Assembly (NCBI GenBank): GCA_012295275.1
Contig: CM022670.1
Coordinates: forward strand, 40,114,001 to 40,178,000
DNA length: 64,000 bases
Direction of reading: 5' to 3'
From: Chrysomallon squamiferum
Lineage: Eukaryota > Animalia > Mollusca
How positions within the stretch are numbered: position 1 is the first letter of the stretch; every line of letters starts with the position of its first letter. The position numbers were made by a program, and so were the translations under genes. Below, piece by piece: positions 56,154 through 64,000 of this stretch. The notes beneath the pieces were generated by a model that worked only from the letters and a program-made list of their open reading frames with translations, made no database searches and was not told where the DNA came from.

Positions 56154-56312
56154 AGGATCTCCACTCCCTGCTTAGTCACTGCCCAAATGGATCGTTTGGA
56201 TTCATGTGTCGTTTCCGCTGTCGTTGTAGTAGATCCGAGGTCTGCGACAAGGTCAACGGAAGCTGTTCTTCAGGATGCAAAGATGGCTACTGGGGACCCG
56301 GATGTCAGCTCT
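56154..56312 (+). CDS. Coding exon: EGF-like (MEGF/Tie-type Cys-rich) module 1
   Basis: Acceptor tttttttcag| and donor |gtaagt; 159 nt, phase 1-1. Translation DLHSLLSHCPNGSFGFMCRFRCRCSRSEVCDKVNGSCSSGCKDGYWGPGCQL. Confidence 0.92.
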
Positions 56313-56680
56313 GTAAGTTCTTCTTTTTCTTCTTCTTCTGCGTTTTCCTTCTTCTTCTTATCCTATTCTTCTTTTTTATTTGTTTGTTTGTTTGGAAGAG
56401 TTCTGAATAATGTGGGGCTCATTTTATGTTTTATTGATATTTGATTACGCGACGTGAGAATCCTTTTTTGTCTTAAATTAATGATGACATAACGATTGAT
56501 AATTTGATTACGCAAGGTTAAATAAATTAAAATTGTTCACTTTTATTTTAATTTAATTTTATTTTATTTTATTTTTACGCAGAATAAGACGACAGCTTAA
56601 TATAGTATCAGTTTCTGCAAGCATTTTCTTTCTGGAAATTATTAATAAAATGTATTCCTAGAAAATAACTAAGTATTGAT

Positions 56681-56693
56681 AATAATAATAATC

Positions 56694-56760
<67 letters not shown>

Positions 56761-56780
56761 TAATAATAATAATAATAATA

Positions 56781-56819
<39 letters not shown>

Positions 56820-56824
56820 TATTA
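56681..56824. repeat. (AAT)n abutting (ATT)n, forming an AT-rich palindrome
   Basis: Direct reading; the symmetry centre is at 56781/56782. Confidence 0.9.
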
Positions 56825-57219
56825 GGATTGTATATTTCTCTATTTCGCTTTTTAAATAATCTTCACCGAATCTTGTACATTCAAGTGTTTATTTCAGTGA
56901 ATTTGTATATCACTGAATGTAACGCAAACGTGACGCTTGTAACGCTTGTAACGTTTGTAAATAACTCACAAGCTGGTTGCGAGTGTTTGGTTGAAGAGTT
57001 GTTTGTTTTATCAAAGACGCGAAGACTTGGAAATCACCGAGAACGGTGCAAACTTGATACCCGGTCCATTTTCGCGTCGGCGATAAACTTCGCTAGCACC
57101 GCCCGCTAATGTTTTTCTTCGCATTAAACCTCGCTTAAAAGTCACCGACACAGAAAATCACTTCCAAAGTCTGACGCTATAAAATGAATAAAGAGAAACG
57201 CCCAAATATCGACAGTTTG

Positions 57220-57261
<42 letters not shown>

Positions 57262-58946
57262 GATCACAGGTCGAGCTTTAGAATTTAATTTAATTAAAGA
57301 AATAAGTGAAGAAAGTGAAAACATTCGATCGTGGGTCTGGGGACGACATTGGTCAGACGCTGGGTGGGAGGCCAAGACCACACCCTTCACGTGTTCTGTT
57401 TAACGCACCCGTACCCAAATAATGAATATTTTGAGTTAAGTAAATTAAAGAAAATCAAGTGAAGTACAAATTCGAGAATGATCTTGTACTAGAAAATGAG
57501 TTTTGTGTTAAACATTTATTTACTGTTTATGACGACGTTAGCGTGGCAGTGTGATTTATCCGTTAGAACATTAACTAACGGTATAATGGAACCAAACTAC
57601 CAGCCTTACTTTGTGTTCGGTTTGTCAAAGACCTTTATAAAAGATGATAATAAAAATAAGACATACACATACAGAAGCGATAGCCGGGTTTTTTATTATT
57701 ATTATTATTATTATTATGCCACTCACAACTTAAAATAATAATAATAATTAAATTAAATTAAATTAAAAATAAATTAAAACAATTAATACAACAACGACAG
57801 TATTAATAACATAAACTATAACAACAACAACAACAACAACATAAAACAAAGAAAAAAAAGGTCTTACGTATACATATATATATATATATACCCTTTACCT
57901 AATAAACAATAACATTAAAGAATGTGTCATCCCGTTAAACAAGCAGTCATCATTTATTACCATCACCACGAAACTGGAAACAAGCGTATTTATAATTTAT
58001 ATGTTAATGACAGCCTATCACAGTCGATTCAAATGTCATATTAAACATATTAAAACCATCCTAACAGCTGGCAAGTGGGAGATAACGGGTGTTCGGGGAG
58101 CTAGTAATGTATCTCACAACATCAGCAGATTAATAAAACGCATTAAACGTCATTAATCAGTATTCTGTTTGAAACGATAACTTTATGTAATACCACCACT
58201 TCTGATTATTGGCGGGTTTTTTTTTAATCATATCTGTTACGTTTCGTAATAATAATGTGTTGTTTTAATAATTAAAAGTAAAATAATGAAGTGTTTTCAC
58301 TATGAAAATTTAATAGAAATTAGGAAACACATGGATAGACAGAAACATACAAATACATGTACATATACATGTACATACATACATGCATACATACATACAT
58401 ACATATACACATACATATACATACATACATACATGTATGTAAATGTATAGGTATATGTAGTTTAGGATTTTGAATATTCTCTGTCTTGTGTACGTCTGAA
58501 TAGACTCTGCACATAGACAATATGTATATGTACGTACGTACGTACTTACGTATGTATGTATGTATATAAGTATGTAAGTATGTATGTATGTATTATATGT
58601 ACAAGTGTTTGTATACATACACCCACACCCACACAAATACACCTGTCTGTGGTTTTCTCATCATGATTATTATTATTACACCTCTATAAGTACTGTTACA
58701 GCTGCTGCTGTGTTTTCTGTTACCAGTAAAACAGGCTGGATCTTCTTGTTAGTGAGCTAACCTAAAGGTCACAGTCACAAAAACAGTCTGACCGGCCTCT
58801 TTTCTTTTCCTACCAGTTCCCAATACTTTCCTGCAGTTAAGAAACGCTGATATGTGTGTGTGTGTGTGTGTGTGTGTGCTTCAGTATTCATTTCTTCATT
58901 CGTTTATTATTATTTTTTTTAAATTTTTTTTGACTCGTTGTTTCAG

Positions 58947-59192
58947 CCAACACCTGCTACTACAACGACCAGAAGAGGGCCTACATGGGGACAAAGTCCG
59001 TGACGAAAAGTCTGTACATGTGTCAGCCCTGGGAGTCGCAGGTCCCCCACCACCACGAGTACACCCCGCGGGACTTCGCCGACCGCATCTACCCCAGCAA
59101 CTACTGCAGGACGACGTCGGACTCGTCCCAGCCCTGGTGCTACACGCTCGACAGCAGAGTGAGGTGGGAGAACTGCAACATCAAGAACTGCC
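58947..59192 (+). CDS. Coding exon: kringle domain
   Basis: Acceptor tgtttcag| and donor |gtgagt; 246 nt, phase 1-1. Translation NTCYYNDQKRAYMGTKSVTKSLYMCQPWESQVPHHHEYTPRDFADRIYPSNYCRTTSDSSQPWCYTLDSRVRWENCNIKNC has six Cys and the Y-x-G-T, CQ-x-W, NYCR, PWCYT and RWE-x-C motifs. Confidence 0.96.
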
Positions 59193-59506
59193 GTGAGTTT
59201 GTTTTTTGTGTTACAGACAAATCAGCTTGTTCGTTGTGTTATTGCACGATTTCAGAGCAAACGATTCCAGATGCAGATTTGGTTTAACGTGCTCTAAGGT
59301 CCCAGGCGATTTATTTATTAATTTTTTTATTTATTTATTTGTTTGTTTATTTATTTGTGGGTGTGTGTTTACTGCGGTGGGAGGGACACAAAGGAAGAGA
59401 TTATAAAGAAAGAAGAGTGTGTATGTGAGAGAGTGATTGTTTTTGTGTCTGAGTGTGTGTATGTGTGTGAGGAGAGACCTATAGACACACACACATACAG
59501 AGAGAC

Positions 59507-59612
<106 letters not shown>

Positions 59613-59713
59613 ATTTACGTTATTCTTCACCTATTTAATAAAGTCAGTTTAAAAGTATTATTGTTGTTGTTGTAATTATTATTATTATTTTATTATTATT
59701 ATTATTATTTCAG

Positions 59714-59851
59714 GGTGTCCTCCTTTCCGATTTGGTCACAACTGTGCGAAGGAATGTCACTGTCGTGACAGGTCAGAAATCTGTGACAGTATTATGGGTA
59801 TATGTAAATCTGGCTGCGCTGTGGGCTGGGGCGCGTTCGATTGTCAAACAC
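59714..59851 (+). CDS. Coding exon: EGF-like module 2
   Basis: Acceptor tttcag| and donor |gtaagt; 138 nt, phase 1-1. Translation CPPFRFGHNCAKECHCRDRSEICDSIMGICKSGCAVGWGAFDCQT. Absent from the ORF track. Confidence 0.92.
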
Positions 59852-60775
59852 GTAAGTAAAAAATGTCGATCTGTCTATCCGAGTGACTCTCTTTAAAACA
59901 GTGTAAATATTTGTATGTCAGACACCATGCATTTTGAGCATAATAATTTGTACTTCATCCATCCCATGTGTGTACGTGTGTGTGTGTGTGTGTGTGTCTG
60001 TCTGTAAACATTTATGACTGGGGTGGAATGTATTGGCGTGTATGTATAAATAAATAGCACAATCTACATATATATGTCTGTATGTTTGTGTATGTGTGTA
60101 TGTTTTGCAGTGTGATTCCGTTTTTCTGTAATAGATTAGAATATTCATATATAAGTATATAGTTTTAGATTTAGTCGCTGACGAGCAATTATCTTCACTA
60201 GTAAAATATAATTACTAGTATGTTGAAATAAAACATAACTGTCTTCTTAAAGTACTGTTAATTGATATTTACATGTATATGTTCTCCGATGTATAAGTAA
60301 AATGTATATTCGTCATTTTGGTACTACTTCAAAAACATTATTATTAATCTACTAATTAACAGTGTACAAAATTTCATTGATATTTGGAAACCTGTTTAAC
60401 GTCAATATGTTAACATTACTAACATTTTTACATCGCCACAATCCCAGAAAAGAAAAAAATATATTTAAAAAATGAATTATTATTATTTATTAATTTTACC
60501 GTTCTACGATGATTATATCGAATATCCACGAACACTAAATTAAATTAACAAACAATCAAATCCCTAAAACATTAAATTTACCAGAAGAATATTTTTATTT
60601 ATTTTTTATTATTTTTTTTTTTTTTTAAACTTTCACGTACAACTAAGTCAATGAACACCGATATCTTTATTTTTGTTTTGGAATGCTGTCACGCGCATGC
60701 ATGTGTATGAAAACGTTTGTGAACGAACGTTCGGCACTGGCACGAGTCACTGCATTGTGGTGTGTGTTTTTGCAG

Positions 60776-60922
60776 TTACGGCCTGTCCGACAAATCGCTA
60801 CGGCTGGGCGTGCAACAAGAAATGTCACTGCAAGAACCCGAAGCACTGCAGTCGCTTCACGGGACCCAAGCCGTCGTGCGAATGTGAGACTGGATTCATT
60901 AACCCGCCGATCTGCGAGCCAG
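60776..60922 (+). CDS. Coding exon: EGF-like module 3
   Basis: Acceptor tttttgcag| and donor |gtaacc; 147 nt, phase 1-1. Translation TACPTNRYGWACNKKCHCKNPKHCSRFTGPKPSCECETGFINPPICEP. Confidence 0.92.
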
Positions 60923-61007
60923 GTAACCAGGTTTTGTCACGTCACCCTTCGTGCAAGCAGCGCTAATACTGGACGTAACGAGTTTTCAAATACGCAAACA
61001 TAAACCG

Positions 61008-61745
61008 TCCTACTTTCCATTTTCTTTTTCCATACATATATTCATCATTCATTCCTACTTTCCGTTTTTTTTCCATACGTATATCCCGTCATGTTCCTAC
61101 TTTCCATTTTTTCCATACGTATATCCATCATTCATTCCTACTTTCCATTTTTCCATACGTATATCCATCATTCATTCCTACTTTCCATTTTTCCATACGT
61201 ATATCCCGTCATGTTCCTACTTTCCATTTTTCCATACATATATTCTTCATTCATTCCTACTTTCCGTTTTTTTTCCATACGTATATCCCGTCATGTTCCT
61301 ACTTTCCATTTTTCCATACATATATTCATCATTCATTCCTACTTTCCGTTTTTTCATACATATATTCTTCATTCATTCCTATTTTTTTTTTCCATACGTA
61401 TATCCCGTCATGTTCCTACTTTCCATTTTTCCATACATATATTCATCATTCATTCCTATCCATCCCGTCATGTTCATTTATACGTATATCCATCATTCAT
61501 TCCTTTTCCATTTTTCCATACGTATATCCATCATTCATTCCTAAATTCCATTTTTCCATACGTATATCCCGTCATGTTCCTACTTTCCATTTTTCCATAC
61601 ATATATTCTTCATTCATTCCTACTTTCCGTTTTTTTTCCATACGTATATCCCGTCATGTTCCTACTTTCCATTTTTCCATACGTATATCCTTCATTCATT
61701 CCTACTTTCCATTTTTTTTCCACACATCTAACTATCCATCATTCA
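61008..61745. repeat. Minisatellite, ~39-43-bp unit with two variants
   Basis: Variant A is CCATACGTATATCCCGTCATGTTCCTACTTTCCATTTTT and variant B is CCATACATATATTCATCATTCATTCCTACTTTCCGTTTTT. It is the source of the 197 and 245 aa ORFs. Confidence 0.93.
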
Positions 61746-61887
61746 TTTATTCATTCAATCTTACACGTTTGTATATAAATTTAAATTTACTGGGATATAC
61801 CTATACATGCATATACACACGTACGTAGTTATAAACACATACAAACATATACACATTAGCAATGCTTATACATTAGGCTTTATTACA

Positions 61888-61918
<31 letters not shown>

Positions 61919-62439
61919 CATACATACATACATACATACATACATACATACATGCATGCACACACATACAACATTCCTAAGTCATACGTTTTATTATCTA
62001 GATATAAATAATTTAATGGACTGTTTTTTCAAGACATCGCACTTGTATATGCATGAAGACTGCCTGTGTGATATTTAGCTTACAAAAAACACTTTATAAA
62101 AATGTTTAGTTTTTGGACTGTTCTCTATGTCAGTTTTTGTGTTTGCTGAGTTTTCTTGTTTCTTTTCGACAGGTTAGAAAATTCGTTACTGGATTATTTA
62201 GCACAAATATACACAAAGTTATTTAAGTTAAAATCAATGTGACGTTTTTTATTTTTAATCATCATCTAGATCATTGTCATCATCATCATCATCGTCTCCA
62301 TTATCATCATGATCACTGTTATTTTACAGTCAATAATTTTTATATTTGGATCATTAAACTGCTTTGACGTTTTTTGTTTTTCGCGTGACTGTTATTATTT
62401 TCCGTAAATCATCCTAAATATAAATAAATTACCAATAGC

Positions 62440-62501
<62 letters not shown>

Positions 62502-62703
62502 CAATAACAGTAATAAAAATAAAAATAACAATAATAATAAGTTATATTTTAAATTTAATGTAAACATGCAAATAGTTTACAAAACTTTTTTTTCTGAATA
62601 AAAACCCAACTGGTATACGCTTCATAACGTTATAACTGAACTGCTTACACTAAACGATCTTTTCAGCAAGAAGCAATAACAAGAAATTTCTTTTCTGTTT
62701 CAG

Positions 62704-62994
62704 TGACTCGACCCAAGATTCTTTACTTCGCCAACAAGAAGGTGAACCCGGGTCAACCGGGCGTGTTCAACTGCACGGTGGCCGCCTACCCCACCCCTTA
62801 CGAAAGCGAGATCATGATAGTGGGGCCCCGGGGAAAGAAGATCACGTTGATGGAATCGAAGACGCTCGACCAGTACCTCTACGTCAGGTACAACCTCTTC
62901 AAGGTCAGCTACGTGCTCAGCGGCGAAAAGTACACGTGCGCTGTGATGGCGACTGCAGGGTCGGCCTCGACAACGATTCGAGTCAACGTTTACG
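62704..62994 (+). CDS. Coding exon: immunoglobulin-like domain resembling the post-EGF Ig domain of Tie receptors; gene continues beyond window
   Basis: Acceptor ctgtttcag| and donor |gtaaga; 291 nt, phase 1-1. Translation TRPKILYFANKKVNPGQPGVFNCTVAAYPTPYESEIMIVGPRGKKITL...SGEKYTCAVMATAGSASTTIRVNVY shows the Ig Cys pair (FNC, YTC) and P-K-I...V-N-x-G...C...P-x-P...P-x-G spacing as recalled for Tie Ig3. Confidence 0.9.
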
Positions 62995-63652
62995 GTAAGA
63001 ACCGATCAGATCTCAGTTCTAGACCCTGGGCTGGGTTAAAGAATACGTCCAGTTTAGAAAGGCATAGATTAAAGTATTTTTATTTTAAAAAAAAACAGAA
63101 CAAAACCAAAACAAAACAACCATAGTAACAGAAAAAACAACAAAAATATATATTTTTTTTTAATAATAACACACACACACACACAAAACATATGAAAGTA
63201 TTGTTGTATATTAAAACTATTGATTAATGCCAAAGAAAATAAAAAATATTGATTGTATGCTGATCCGACTAGTTTAGTAATATAAAACACAAAAATTTTA
63301 AATTCATTTTAACCGTCAGTTAAACTGAAAAAAAAAATAAAGCCTGAAATTAGGTACATTGTTTTATTAGGAAAAATTATTAAATTATTGAAAATTATTT
63401 TTTTAAAAAGATTTTGCTCGATAATTTGTTCTCTCGTGTGGAAACAACTGCGTTAGTCTGCTAAGTCTTTACATATTTAAAAAGGCAACAAAAGAAAAAA
63501 GCTCCTTATTGTTTAAAAAATTAAATATGTATTGTATACTTAATTTATTGAAATTATACAAAAAAAAGTTGACTGAAGCAAAAGGTAACAGAACAGTCGT
63601 TTGGATTTTATGGTTAAATTACAAATTCCTAAAACAGTTTGCAGATACCCTA

Positions 63653-63908
<256 letters not shown>

Positions 63909-64000
63909 TAAATTTATCATTTACAATTACTCAGATTTCAAAACTTTTACTTGGACTTCAATTAAATATTTAATCTCAAGTGATTTCTAAATTAGATTGT

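Noticed and set aside
60951-61828. 197 and 245 aa hydrophobic ORFs
   Set aside because: They are read-through of an intronic minisatellite.

Overview
This is AT-rich, microsatellite-dense animal genomic DNA with spliceosomal introns; an invertebrate, probably a mollusc or other lophotrochozoan, is my inference. Almost every ORF in the supplied track is a simple-repeat artefact. Two + strand spliced genes can be built by hand. (1) The last two coding exons (522-673, 2674-2767) of a PLAT/LH2-domain protein resembling LOXHD1. (2) The 5' part of a secreted or receptor protein. A signal-peptide exon (13219-13291) is followed by about 43 kb of intron, possibly holding a 30-nt micro-exon at 27074-27103. 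Symmetric phase-1 exons then encode EGF-like, kringle, EGF-like, EGF-like and a Tie-type Ig domain (56154-62994), and the gene runs off the window. CpG is scarce up to about 5850 and common afterwards. The switch lies next to a housekeeping-type promoter cluster (about 6310-6375) with outward-facing splice donors, which hints at an antisense gene interleaved with the PLAT gene. Several minisatellites, an ~800-bp (CT)n tract and candidate regulatory motifs (X-boxes, DR1, G4/GC boxes) are also present. I recognised no tRNA, rRNA, CRISPR array or intact transposon ORF.
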